The notes beneath the pieces were generated by a model, which was not told where the DNA came from, searched no databases, and saw nothing but the letters and a program-made list of their open reading frames with translations. Source: Macrostomum lignano (taxonomy: Eukaryota). Taken from it: a DNA stretch of 64,000 nucleotides. The first letter of the stretch is position 1, and each line of letters starts with the position of its first letter. The stretch spans positions 1 to 64,000 of the forward strand of contig NIVC01000469.1 in assembly GCA_002269645.1 (NCBI GenBank). Direction: 5' to 3'. Positions 1-12,782 of this stretch are shown one piece after another. A program made the position numbers and the translations under genes.

Positions 1-2740
1 CAGGATCGGATGCCGATATTCTGGATGCCGGCCTCCAGGGCGATGGCGATGGCCTGCTTTGCGGCCGAGTCGCATTATAATGGCCACGGTGTAGCCAAAC
101 AGGAATCCAAGCCAGGGCAGCAGAGCCGAATGGAATAATTAATCGGCAGTTGAGCTGAAATTTGATCACAGCGACGCTCTGTATTGCAGTAAGGTTTCTT
201 TCCTTGCTTTCCTGGATCCCTGCGAAGGTTGACTGATTTCTTCACGGAACATCTCAATCAAAACCCGGGACTTTAGTATTTTTTCTGTCACGAAAAAACA
301 GGCCATATAGTCCGTTGAATTCTGTCTGCTGAAATTGTCTGAACCTCAAAAGTAGCCATGAAAATTTTCTATTTTGTATTTTTCGACTATTCGAATGCCT
401 TGATGACCGAATAAAATTTATGAAAAGATTTTTTCGCTTCGCTATCGTTGCTCCCGGCTTGATGAGCATCGGCAGCTCAGTTGCTGATAAGAAAATTCCT
501 ATGCTTGCAGGTGACTCAGGTGACAGACGCTGTAATTGGCGCATCTGAACATTCTTATAAGCTAGTAGCCAGTGAAATTTCTTTTGCAAAGACAGTTTGC
601 CTATACAGGCTTATCAGTGCCACAAAGCAAAGCGTTTGGCATTTTCCTATCTGAACAGTTCTCCTCTTATTAATCACAGAAAATTTCCAACTTTAGGTGC
701 GATGGCTGGCTGGATAGTTTTTGGTCAGTTATTTATCAGTCTATTAAAAAATTTATTGGCTTCTTCCCAATTGCGTTCCAGCACGGTCCACTTCCAAGCG
801 AGACTGTTTCACTGTGGCAACGAAGGTTACAGTTGAAGGTGTTCCTCAGATAAAAAAATCTTTACCTTGCATTTTTCCAGGGCCTTCTCGATATTGGAGA
901 AATAATCTCAAGAATTATACAGGAAAACACCAGGAGTTCGAGGGACATCTGGCTGTTCATGGTGTAAAAATTCTAATCTAATAAAAGCAGACTTTGTGAC
1001 AGACTCACCAATCAGCTCAAACAGGTACAGGTTAATGTAAGTGCCAATCCGATTATGAACAGCACGAACAGCAGGGCGAGCGGCTTGATGCTTCGCGACA
1101 GGCGATGGCAATCTTGGGCACTTCAGCTTGACCAGCACGCCCAACGTCACCGGATGACCAGCTGCAGCAGGTTCAGCGCTACCTGGTCGTAGGGGATCCT
1201 GGTCTCGTTGCTGAGTAGAATCTAGTGTACGCGAACAGCCAGAGAGGCATCATGACTGCAATCGTTTGAAAGCATATGCTCAGTTTTTTTCCTACTAATT
1301 TAGCATTAGAGATGCGGATGAAAAGTTCAGAGTTGATCGGTACAATGCACTCAATATAAAGTTTCTAAAGTGGTCTGGTACTTACACATGGCGCACACCT
1401 GGCTGACAAAGGTCATGGTCATGCTGAGGTCGAGGTCGCCGTCGAATAGCAGGGTCCACATGTTGCTGCTTCCTCCGCCTGGCGAGCAGGACAGTGTAAG
1501 AATACCGCAGGCGAACGCGCTCGCGTTGTCCAGTCCTGTACCAGCAGAAGCAGCACCTGACCGACTGCGAGACCCAGCTGTCAAATTATCGGGTGAGCAC
1601 GAGTCAGAAGACTTTGTGGTTCAGTTCAAAGTAGCTCGTATACCTTGGGCCGTATGCAGAAAGCCTAGTATAGACTAGCTAGTCCGGACTGACTGGGTAG
1701 TTCAGTCTATGATCTATGGTCTAGCTACCCTACTTCTGTCTATAGTAGACCGGTCTGACTTTGTGTTTCTGCATACCAAATCCAAGTCCAGACTAGCTTT
1801 TCAAGACCGGACTACCCTAGACAGAGCTTTCTGCATACGGCCCCTTGAGATCTATGGCTTTGTTGTGGCTGCTCATGGTCCCTAAAACTGTAAATACAAC
1901 TATACTACCTATTCCTGGGGTAAAAAGGCGTCAGAAAGCATTTAAGCGCTTTGATTTACGTAGCTCGTAGTATGACTTATGCACTGCCTACGTTTGGGAT
2001 CTGAACTTTCAGTGCCGATCGGGAAAGTAACAGAACGAAGTAGTGCGTAAATGAGAACTCAATCGCTTGCAAGAATTGAAATCGATCAAGATCTCAGTGA
2101 AGCCACTCAATTTCTATCGAATGTGATGGATTTCGGGGTGATTACTAGCGACGTTTTTTAAAGCTTACGTGAGGCATCAGAATAAACTGCGTGAACCATC
2201 CAACGCGAGGCCTACTGGTCGTTTCAGCAGCTTGATCACAACATTCAGATCGATGGTGCAGCCCATTCCAAACACAATAACGATGACAAAGGCGATCAGG
2301 ATGCCCCGATAGACAGACTGGAGCGCATTTGGAGTTTGCAGCACAGCCACTTGCTCATTGTCGCTGATCAGGTAGTCCAGCTCGGAGTTCTTTGTCGCAT
2401 TCGTATCGAAGGAGATCAACAGGTCGCTCCAGCCGAGCCTCACGCCCTGGATGGTGAGCTGAAATCGGTGCTCTTCCCCGACGCTAGAGTTCCCCGACCA
2501 CGGATAGGATGTCTCGTTAGTCAGCCGAGCGACTTTCAGGTCGTTCAAAGCGAAGCGAAGAACTCCCTGTTGAACCACCGGATCTGTCACACTCACTGTC
2601 ACGTTCACAACGAGCCGTTGTTCGGTCATCAGAATGATCGGGTGGGGCTGGAAGGAAATGTTTAGTTTGGCATGGCTAAAGCAAGCCAAGCAGCCAATAG
2701 CTAGTAAGAGCTGGTATTGAAGTCCTTGATTGAGCATCAT
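1..2740 (-). CDS. SLC10 (Na+/bile acid cotransporter family) paralog A, 3'-partial; frameshifted as assembled (sequencing errors or pseudogene)
   Basis: Exons 2740-2169, 1577-1386, 1255-1009, 154-<1 with GT/AG ends match paralog B exon for exon. Motifs GMGCTID, SCSPGGGSSN, GIQNIG. One-base gaps versus paralog B at ~2203, ~1534, five in exon 3 (247 vs 252 nt) and several in exon 4. Confidence 0.8.
1647..1843. mobile_element. MITE, PIF/Harbinger-like, in SLC10-A intron 1
   Basis: Perfect 18-bp TIR GGGCCGTATGCAGAAAGC (1647-1664) / GCTTTCTGCATACGGCCC (1826-1843); 3-bp TSD CTT on both sides; no ORF. The superfamily call is inferred from the GGG end and 3-bp TSD. Confidence 0.75.
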
Positions 2741-3346
2741 GTGCTAGGCCTGTGCCGAGTTGCCGTCTCAAAGCTTTGGCTTCTCTTAAGAAAATTTCTT
2801 AACCACAGGCTTGAACTTAAATAGAGCCTTGCTCAAATTGAGAATGCTCCCCCACCTTTGCCTGGCCCTGGTTGTTGCTTAGGCACGTCTTCAAATAGCG
2901 ATAGGAGAATGAGAAAGTGTTTCTCAGCCTCAGTGAACATTCTAATCTGTCCTTCTCTCTAACATTTTTAATATTATTTCATATCAGATAAGTAGAAAAC
3001 TTTTGTTGCTTTCGCTTTTCTGACAGAGAAAATGCATATCTGTATGTACCACCGCATTCTAGCGCACGAAATATACAGTGTGGACTGTGTTCGTTTTCGG
3101 TGTGAAGAGTCTGATTCAATTGACATTTTTAATTGTTTTGATTTGTCAGGGCGAGACGCGAGATACAGGCGTTGAACTGAAAAACAAAATCGTTCTGGTT
3201 AAAAAAGATTTTAAATTTTTAATGAACCGGGCTAACTTTCTTGAAGTTACAAAGCGTACAAAACACACAGAGACTTATAACTCACTCTCACACCTGCAGC
3301 ATCGCAGCAGCAGCGAGACGCATATCCCATTCTGTAGCTAAATATT

Positions 3347-3767
3347 GTATTGTATTTTCCCCGCCATTCGCAGAGCCCTGCTTGGACTCAACCACAGGGA
3401 CATCAGGCCGGTGACCATGGGCTCGCTCGGAACATGGCTGTTTTGCCAGGCATCGTCAACTCCAGTGAAAATCGGTAGCGAGGAATGCCCTTCATCTGTG
3501 AATGCCCCGCCTTTACTTAGGACAGGCTCACCTACCTCGGCCCAAACCCGGACCTTGCGGAGGTTTTCAGGCTAGCTCGTCCGCAACCTGAGGGCTACCG
3601 GGCGAGCGACCATTCACCTCCTGAACTCTCTGGAGGGAGACGGTGCTGCGTACACCAGCAACACCGGATCTCCCTGAGCTGCCCGTGGTCGCCAAGGGGT
3701 AGCGGAATGGGCGGCGACGCCTCCCCGCTGTATCCGGATGCCCGGAGCCCCCGGCAGCTGAGTCAAA
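3347..3767 (-). mobile_element. 5'-truncated non-LTR retroposon insertion
   Basis: 13-bp TSD GTAGCTAAATATT at 3334-3346 and 3768-3780; GC-rich insert in AT-rich DNA; short (CAATA)n tail on the minus strand; residual peptide GIRIQRGGVAA. Confidence 0.65.
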
Positions 3768-4183
3768 GTAGCTAAATATTTAAAAAATTCAAGCGTTGAT
3801 GCTAATAAACCCACGCAGTTGGTTTACATGACGAATATGACTGTTCACCGTTCAGTTTGAGTTTCTGTCAAACTCAATTAAGCTAACGCTTTCCTCTACA
3901 AAAAAATTTGCCATTGTTTAAGGTAAGACCGACTGAAGTATCGGTCTTATGAAGTCCAGAGTTTTATTTTGCTTTAAAAATCCTTCAGTATTTTTTTACA
4001 CTTTATGAACCGTTTTTATCACAAAATACGCTCGTAATAGACTGATAGCGGGAAGTCAGAGCAATGATTTCCTATACATACAGTACATCGGACGTAAAGG
4101 TGCAGTGCATAGTGCAAAATACTGACTGAATCTCAAGGTAAAATGGTAAAAAAAGAATATTCGTTTTCATTGAACAACCAGCG

Positions 4184-7100
4184 TCAGTTTTCCTTAGAAG
4201 CTACTGATGTGGTTTCGGCAACATGGACGCGCTGAACCTGGCCGTACTCGGACAGATCCACCGCGTTGCCGCTTTTCAGACCAGCGGCCTTGACGCCATC
4301 ACCGTCGCCTTCCAGCCCGGCAACTTCCACGTCAGCCTGCTGCGCCTTGCCCTCAGTGTTGTAGTGAGTTTTTCTTCGAATACGCTCGCGAATCCGTTTG
4401 CCAGCGAGCAGAAAGTACAGCGGCACGGGGTCAACGAAGGCCACGATGAGCGGCACGATGGCTGCGAGACTGCCGTCTGGCTGCGGCATGGAGAACTGCA
4501 GCACCAGGATGGGGATGCCGACATTCTGGATGCCGGTCTCCAGGGCGATGGCCACGGCCTGCTTGCGGCCGAGCTGCAGCAGTAGGGTGACAACAAATCC
4601 GAACAGGAATCCAAGCCAGGGCACGAGCGCCGCGAACGGAATGATGATGGGGATTTGGACTGGAAAGTTCAACAAGATCGGGTCAGGTAGTCGCTTCTTA
4701 AAGAAAACTATTCGGCAGACTCGATTTTGCGAGTGATGATGAAACTCAGGGTGATGGTAAAAACGAAAAACCAAAGTAGAGAGCTTATTTGCTTGGCTTC
4801 TGATTCATCATGAAGTTTTTTTAAATTCTTAGTACGTACGTCCTGGGTCTTGTCTGCAACTATGGTATGATAGCAGGCAACACGACACTGTTCGTCTTGG
4901 TCCGAATGAGGTGCTTCTGGACATTTGAACTTTTACCAAGAAGATTTTAGTAGAAATTTAAACGTCATTTCTTAGAAAATACTTTGGGGCTAGATGTGTG
5001 CAAAAAATACACTACTGATATAGGAACTCTTCGGAATTTTATAACGTTTTTTATGTAAGTCTCGCAAAAAAGTTTAACAAGAAGTCACAGGATCAATATC
5101 ACAGACAAGTTATGCTAAATTATGAGAGTTTGATGTGCTTCACATAAAAAGTATCGCTATTTTTTTACCGAGATTGGAAACTTCTCATCTCAGTAGTGTA
5201 TTTTTCGGCCAACACAGCTTCCAAAAACTTTTCTAAGAAACGAATTTTCCGTCCTCCTACAATGTATTAACACATCACTTGCCTCAGTCCCTTTCCAGCA
5301 TGGCACTAATCAGGGCCATGCTGGAAATTGCTCTTGCATAGAATTTAAACGAAGTAAAAGTTCCAAATTTCAAAACAAACTGTTATCAGTAATAACAGTG
5401 AAAACAGTGAAAATGTCGTGCCGCAATCTACATGCACTGCACTGGCAGCAACTGGTGTCTGAATTCGTGCACTCGCTGCTTGGATACGTCGGTTGTTCGT
5501 CGTGACAGAAACTATAAGGCTATGCAGATATGAGATCAGCCAACTTCGAACTTATACGTGTACTAAAAAAATTATATGAGATCAAAGGGCGCTTGACTCA
5601 AAGCTTAAAGTCAGCTGACATTTCGGAGCACAGTAGATAAATTATTCATATACGCTCGTACAACACCCCATGGACTATACAGCTAGCATTCATGAAGGTG
5701 TGCACAGCTTACCAATCAGCTCGAACAGGAACAGGTTGACGTAAGAACCGAAGCCGACTACAAACAGAACGAACAAAAGGGCGAACGGCTTGACAATGCG
5801 GGTAATACGGAGGGCAACTTTGGGCCATTTGAGCTTGATGATAACTCCAATAGCCACCGGGATGACCAGCTGCAGCAGGTTCAGCGCCACCTGGTCGTAC
5901 GGGACCAGAGCCTCGTTGTCGATGTAAAATCTGCTGTACGCAAACAGCCAGAGAGGCATCATGACTGCAATTTTCGTGAGAGGTTAATTGAGCCAAAGAG
6001 CCAAGTTGCGCTGGAAGCTACCGATAAATTAACCATCAATAATTTTAAATCGATGAATTCTCCTAGAACGCTAGTGTTACGTCTCGATACAACCGTAACT
6101 TCTTGTAGTCCTTCCTTGCTAAAACTGCTTCGGTAAAATTTGATTTCGTTTGAACCCTAGGCTTCTTGCGTTCGAATAAAAGTGTTGTTTAGCATCCTGG
6201 GTTCTCATATAAGGCATGTTTTACTTTCGTTTTAGTTTGCCTAAGTGACTACTTGGCTTAGACAGATTAAGTAACACCTCAGCTAAGAAGGTTATTCAGA
6301 CATGAGACCCTCAAAATATGTTTGCATTAGTGTAAAAAACAGGATACCATTTTGGGAATCACTGATTCAAAACCAGAAAATAGTTCATCACAAAGACCTG
6401 CAGCTCAACTTGAAGATCCACGGTGACAAGGTGATTGAGTTACTCACACATTGCTGAAATCTGACTGACGAATGTCATGGTCATGCTGAGGTCGAGATCG
6501 CCGTCAAACAGTAGGGTCCACATGTTGCTGTTTCCGCCTCCAGGAGAGCAGGACAGTGTTAGAATACCGAAGGCGAACGCTTCGGCATTGTCCAGATCGT
6601 TGACTGCCAGCAGAAGCAGCTGACCGACTGCGAGACCGAGCTGTCAATTTTTCAAGAGCAAGACACTCAACTCGCATTGCTTCAGTTCATCCAGCTGGTA
6701 TCCAAATGGTACCGGCATTAGCTGGGGTAATTGAGGGTGTGTGTGGCGACCCCCAGTCCTTGGACTGAACAGCCTTTAGTTGTCTAATGGAAGTTCCCCG
6801 ACGAGAAATGTTACGCACGGAACATCAGTTGATAGTTCGAGACGATGAAGCTTTCGGTGATGGTTTGAGCCAGTTTGTTTCAGCTAGCAGAGTCATATTG
6901 TGTGGCTAGTACACTGGTCCAAAAAAGTTCGTATGTGCAAAATTTTCGTGTTCATTAATTTTTTTCTACTGGCTTTCCATTTGCGCAAGTACTTAGAAAC
7001 GTGGGATGCCTACGTCTTGTAGCCTAAATTTTTCACATGCCAGGAGTTTAGAACTTTCAAATGACAGTATAAGCTCACATGGGGCATGAGAATGAACTGT

Positions 7101-7660
7101 GTGAACCAGCCCACAGCGAGACCCACTGGCCGCTTGAGCAGCTTGAGCACTATGCGCAAGTCGATAGCGGAACCCATTCCAATCACTAGCAGTACGACCA
7201 AAGTGATGAGAATGCCGCGGTAAATGTTCTGAATTGTCGAGGAGTCCCGCAAGACCGTCACTTGCTGTCTGTCGCTGATCAGGTAGTCCAGCTCGGAGTT
7301 CTTTGTCGCATTCGTATCAAAGGAGATCAACAGGTCGCTCCAGCCGAGCCTCACGCCCTGGATGGTGAGCTGAAATCGGTGCTCTTCCCTGAGGCTAGAG
7401 TTCCCCGACCACGGATAGGATGTCTCGTTGGACATCGGCAGCCGAGCAACTCTCGTATCCTTCATAGAGAAGCGAAGAACTCCCTCGGGTACTGCCGGGT
7501 CAGATGCGTTCACCATCACGGTCACGTTCACAGAAAATTGACCTTCGGTCTTGACGATGATCGGGTGGGGCTGGAAGGTGACGTTCAGCTTGGCGTGGCC
7601 CAGGCAGGCCAGCCAGGCCAGGATCAGCAGCAGCTGCCACTGAAGTCCTCGATCCCGCAT
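4184..7660 (-). CDS. SLC10 (Na+/bile acid cotransporter family, ASBT/SLC10A3-5-like) paralog B, intact, ~500 aa
   Basis: join(7660-7079, 6640-6448, 5964-5713, 4659-4184) = 1503 nt, canonical splice sites, phases 0/1/1. Signal peptide, ~140-aa luminal extension, SBF motifs GMGSAID, SCSPGGGNSN, ALETGIQN, multiple TM segments. Confidence 0.92.
6656..6774 (+). mobile_element. truncated copy of the CORE-type SINE, in SLC10-B intron 1
   Basis: Aligns with the 58689-58814 part of the full SINE (gagcaagacac...gcttcagttca...gcattagctggggtaatt...ccagtccttggactgaacagcc). Confidence 0.75.
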
Positions 7661-8888
7661 ATCTTAATGCAACATGTGCCGGTTGTTTCCCGCGCGAATG
7701 TGCCTAAAAAAAGCTTTACGCTTACGAAATTTTTTTCAGAGCAAAACTCTGCTCAGTTTTTAAGGCCTCTATGATTGCGCCGGGAAATGATAAGAAGATC
7801 GAGAAAGTTTCGCGTCGCCCAAGTCGAATTTTCAGTTGCAACAATTTATGCCGTGAAGTCTACGTTAATGCACATTGACAATCTCCGCTATGACATTCCA
7901 GTCTTTTTTACTCTCTTTTCAAATTTGCAGCTACCTACTTTGACCACGGGTGACTTCAAATTCATACTTGCACTGTGCATATCGCATATCTTTTCAGTAC
8001 AATAATTCGAGCAAGGCCAAAGTTGATCTTTTGCGTTTGATCTTTTGGGTTTAAATGGCTCTACGAGTATGAGGCATCTGAGGTAAGGTAATGTGAAAGG
8101 ATGCCAACTTGAGCACAGGAACACTCCAGTAGACCAAAACGGTTTCTCCCAGTAGATTGAGGCGATGAAATGCCTTCATGATGCCTTCATGATGATGATT
8201 TCATGCTAGCTTAAGACTCTAGAACGGAACCGCCAGTACTCATAATACGAGCGTATTACTATCCTTCACCCCCTAGGAGCCCAAGTGAGGGAATGTCGAT
8301 GGGATGACTCCGTTCCGGTGCTTAGTTGGTGTCCAGCTTCTGAAGTCCTTAAATTGGGATGTCATTATTGAACTATTTATGGTGTGTAGTGATCTGTATA
8401 GTGTTCAATGATTACTTGGAATCAGGTGCGTCGCACAGATCCAGCATGTTTCAGAATTCAGCCAAACCAAAATGAACCAAGTCTGCAAAGGTCAGGGTTG
8501 CTTCTATAGCGGCTGGGTTGCCTAATCGGCAGGCAAATCGATGAAGCATTGAAAGTTCGACGAGATACAAGGCAGCACAATAAAATTGGTTCGTGTCACA
8601 CGCAGCCTTCCAGCTACTGGTAACATTGAAACAGCTGTTGCCCCAGAAAATCTTAAACAAGCACAGCCTCCACCTGCCATTGCTGAATAATCTGATTCAG
8701 GAGCTTATTCTAGCCAGCCATAAACTGAGGACAGCAAGCATTGAAAACTGGCGCAGGATTTCCTTCGCAATCTTTCTGTGAATGTCAGCGGCTCTACAAA
8801 TTCCGATACGGTGTGTCATTCTGCTTAGAAGTACAAGAGATACAGTATGAGTAATAGAGATTGTGATTTATACCTCAGCACAACCCTC

Positions 8889-9961
8889 CTGCAGTGATGG
8901 ACACACTACCCTACTGCAGTTCTGGACACACTGCCCTACTGCAGTTCTGGACACACTACCTTACTGCAGTTCTGGACACACTGCCCTACTGCAGTTCTGG
9001 ACACACTACCCTACTGCAGTTCTGGACACACTACCCTACTGCAGTTCTGGACACACTACCCTACTGCAGTTCTGGACACACTACCCTACTGCAGTTCTGG
9101 ACACACTGCCCTACTGCAGTTCTGGACACACTACCTTACTGCAGTTCTGGACACACTACCCTACTGCAGTTCTGGACACACTACCCTACTGCAGTTCTGG
9201 ACACACTACCCTACTGCAGTTCTGGACACACTACCCTACGGCAGTTCTGGACACACTACCCTACTGCAGTTCTGGACACACTACCCTACTGCAGTTCTGG
9301 ACACACTACCCTACTGCAGTTCTGGACACACTACCCTACTGCAGTTCTGGACACACTACCCTACTGCAGTTCTGGACACACTACCCTACTGCAGTTCTGG
9401 ACACACTGCCCTACTGCAGTTCTGGACACACTACCTTACTGCAGTTCTGGACACACTACCCTACTGCAGTTCTGGACACACTACCCTACTGCAGTTCTGG
9501 ACACACTGCCCTACTGCAGTTCTGGACACACTACCTTACTGCAGTTCTGGACACACTACCCTACTGCAGTTCTGGACACACTACCCTACTGCAGTTCTGG
9601 ACACACTACCCTACTGCAGTTCTGGACACACTACCCTACTGCAGTTCTGGACACACTACCCTACTGCAGTTCTGGACACACTACCCTACTGCAGTTCTGA
9701 AGACACTACCTTACTGCAGTTCTGGACACACTACCCTACTGCAGTTCTGGACACACTACCCTACTGCAGTTCTGGACACACTACCCTACGGCAGTTCTGG
9801 ACACACTACCCTACTGCAGTTCTGGACACACTACCCTACTGCAGTTCTGGACACACTACCCTACTGCAGTTCTGGACACACTACCTTACTGCAGTTCTGG
9901 ACACACTACCCTACTGTAGTTCTGAACACACTACCCTACTGCAGTTCTGGACACACTACCT
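8889..9961. repeat. 25-bp minisatellite (CTACTGCAGTTCTGGACACACTACC)n, ~43 copies
   Basis: Period of 25 read directly (9061/9086/9111); explains the 25-aa repeat ORFs. Confidence 0.97.
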
Positions 9962-10297
9962 GATAATTAAACAAATCAGTATTTTATATAGAGTTTTTTT
10001 ATAAAAATAAAAATGCATATTGAACTGTTCAGACCATGGCTGTTACACTTACTAACATACAGTAAGACCTAGATTTAGTAAGTACGCATATGGAGAAGGA
10101 GGGCGCAAATTCGGGGGGGGGGGCGCAAAGCCGACCCGAAATTTGGATAGCAAAATGTAGCCATTGCTTTCAACTGACGCATAAGAGCCTGCTTTCAGGG
10201 CCTAAGACCTACCCGAGAGATTGAAAAATAAGCGGGCAAATTAAAAACTTTCGTTGGATAATTTGCATTCAGTGGAGTATGTGAGCACGAAAGTAGG

Positions 10298-11604
10298 GAA
10301 GGGAGGAAGTAGATAAGTAGGGAAGTGGGGAAGTGGGGAAGAAGGGGAGTGGGGAAGTAGGGGAGTGGGGAAGTAGGGGAGTGGGGAAGTAGTGGAGTGG
10401 GGAAGTAAGGAAGTGGGGAAGTAGGGGAGTGGGGAAGTAGGGGGTGGGGAAGTAAGGAAGTGGGGAAGTGGGGAAGTGGGGAAGTGGGGAAGTGGGGAAG
10501 TAGGGGAGTGGGTAAGTAGGGGAGTGGGGAAGTAAGGAAGTGGGGAAGTAGGGAAGTGGGGAAGTAGGGAAGTAGGGAAGTGGGGAAGTAGGGAAGTGGG
10601 GAAGTGGGGAAGTGGGGAAGTGGGGAAGTGGGGAAGTGGGGAAGTAAGGAAGTGGGGAAGTAGGGAGTGGGGAAGTAGGGAGTGGGGAAGTAAGGAAGTG
10701 GGGAAGTAGGGAAGTGGGAAGTAGGGAAGTAGGGAAGTGGGGAAGTAGGGAAGTGGGGAAGTGGGGAAGTGGGGAAGTGGGGAAGTAGGGAAGTGGGGAA
10801 GTAGGGAAGTGGGGAAGTAGGGAAGTGGGGAAGTAAGTAAGTGGGGAAGTAGGGGAGTGGGGAAGTAAGGAAGTGGGAAGTAGGGAAGTGGGGAAGTAGG
10901 GAAGTAGGGAAGTGGGGAAGTAGGGAAGTGGGGAAGTGGGGAAGTGGGGAAGTGGGGAAGTAGGGAAGTGGGGAAGTAGGGAAGTGGGGAAGTAGGGAAG
11001 TGGGGAAGTAAGTAAGTGGGGAAGTAGGGAAGTGGGGAAGTAGGGAAGTGGGGAAGTAGGGGAGTGGGGAAGTAGGGGAGTGGGGAAGTAAGGAAGTGGG
11101 GAAGTAGGGGAGTGGGGAAGTAGGGGAGTGGGGAAGTAAGGAAGTGGGGAAGTAGGGAAGTAGGGAAGTGGGGAAGTAAGGAAGTGGGGAAGTAGGGAAG
11201 TGGGGAAGTAGGGAAGTGGGGAAGTAGGGAAGTGGGGAAGTAAGGAAGTGGGGAAGTAGGGAAGTGGGGAAGTAGGGAAGTGGGGAAGTGGGGAAGTAGG
11301 GAAGTGGGGAAGTAGGAAAATAGGGAAGTGGGGAAGTAGGGAAGTGGGGAAGTAGGGAAGTAGGGAAGTGAGGAAGTGGGGAAGTAGGGAAGTGGGGAAG
11401 TAGGAAAATAGGGAAGTGGGGAAGTGGGGAAGTAGGGAAGTGGGGAAGTAAGGAAGTGGGGAAGTAAGGAAGTGGGGGAAGTAGGGAAGTGGGGAAGTAG
11501 GGAAGTGGGGAAGTAAGGAAGTGGGGAAGTATGGAAGTGGGGAAGTAGGGAAGTGGGGAAGTAGGGAAGTAGGGAAGTGGGGAAGTAGGGAAGTAGGGAA
11601 GTGA
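10298..11604 (+). repeat. G-rich polypurine array of 8-10-bp units (GGGGAAGT / GGGAAGTA variants)
   Basis: About 1.3 kb of G3-G4 runs separated by AAGT(A); almost no C. Confidence 0.95.
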
Positions 11605-12297
11605 GGAAATTGCAGCGCGGAATTCCTGATTATTCCCAACTAGCTTGCTATGCCGCGAACTGGCCGCTGCTGCCGCTACTTCTAGATGGCGAAACGAACC
11701 ACCGGGAGGGCGAAACGGAGAGGGGGGAGAAGACATTTCTGGTGCGCAAAGTGCTAGCGATGGACCGCTGGCTTAAGGACTTTATTCTTGATTCCCCGTC
11801 GGGCATAAAAATCACTCCATGGATATTGCAAGCCGCCTGGGTTTGGGAACAGGGGACAGAGAGAGAGAGAGAAAGGGATGGCTGTGCGAATTCGCGCACA
11901 GGCAGCGCAGCGTGGCGTACTATGCCTCCGTACTTCAGCCGCCAGTTTTGCGGCGTAACTCGGGCCAAGAATGGCGCCAGCGACAGGGAGGCCGATCCCT
12001 CTGAACTCTCCGTTTTCGTTTAGCTTTCACCTGCGATGGCTGCACGGGAGGCAATCGACGAAGGCAGGCACAGGCGGATGGAAAGAGAGGCTCCGGCCGA
12101 GCGGAGGCTGCACGGGTTGGCTGTTCGAATTTGCTAGCAAAGCTGTTGCAAAACAGCTGCTGCAGCCCAATATCTAGCCATGGCCCAGCAGGGCAACCCC
12201 GTCCTGCCTGCCACTCCGCAGCCTCTCCTGCTTCGACTGGCGCACGCAGTAAGCAGCTCGGCCAAGCCACTTTGCTGTTCGCCTCGCCCCGCGACGC

Positions 12298-12745
12298 ATG
12301 GAGGCCCGGCACCGCCAGCAGGACAGCAACGTGGCCTCCTGCTGCGGGACCGTCACCTCTGTGCTCGCCCGCCAGCTCGGCGGCCCCGTGCGCACTGTAG
12401 AAAAGACCACCGCCCTCAGGGAGCATCAGCTTGACGCCGTGAACGACCGCGGCGACACCTCACGTTCCTCCTCGTTGGGCAGCCCCGTGACGGACGACCT
12501 GGACAGCTCCGACATGGCCAGCTGCCGGGGCGCAATGGCGGCCAACACGACGGTGCACTGCAGCGAGCTGACCGTCAGCAAATTCCGCCCGGAGGACGCC
12601 GGCTGGGCCGCCCGAACCGACGTCAGTTTCCGGCACCGGGCTGACCGCCTGTTCTACGTGGACTCGGCGGCCCGGCTGCACGGGCCGACTGACTGGCGCG
12701 ACCGAGTCCGCGTGGCTGGCATTCGGCGCCAGGAAGCCAGGCGGA

Positions 12746-12782
<37 letters not shown>

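Noticed and set aside
2336-7774. Similar plus-strand ORFs at 2336-2665 and 7262-7774
   Set aside because: Antisense shadows of SLC10 exon 1; their similarity comes from the shared tract.
8863-11736. Long ORFs of 268-513 aa
   Set aside because: Translations of the 25-bp and G-rich arrays; open in several frames, with no coding signature.
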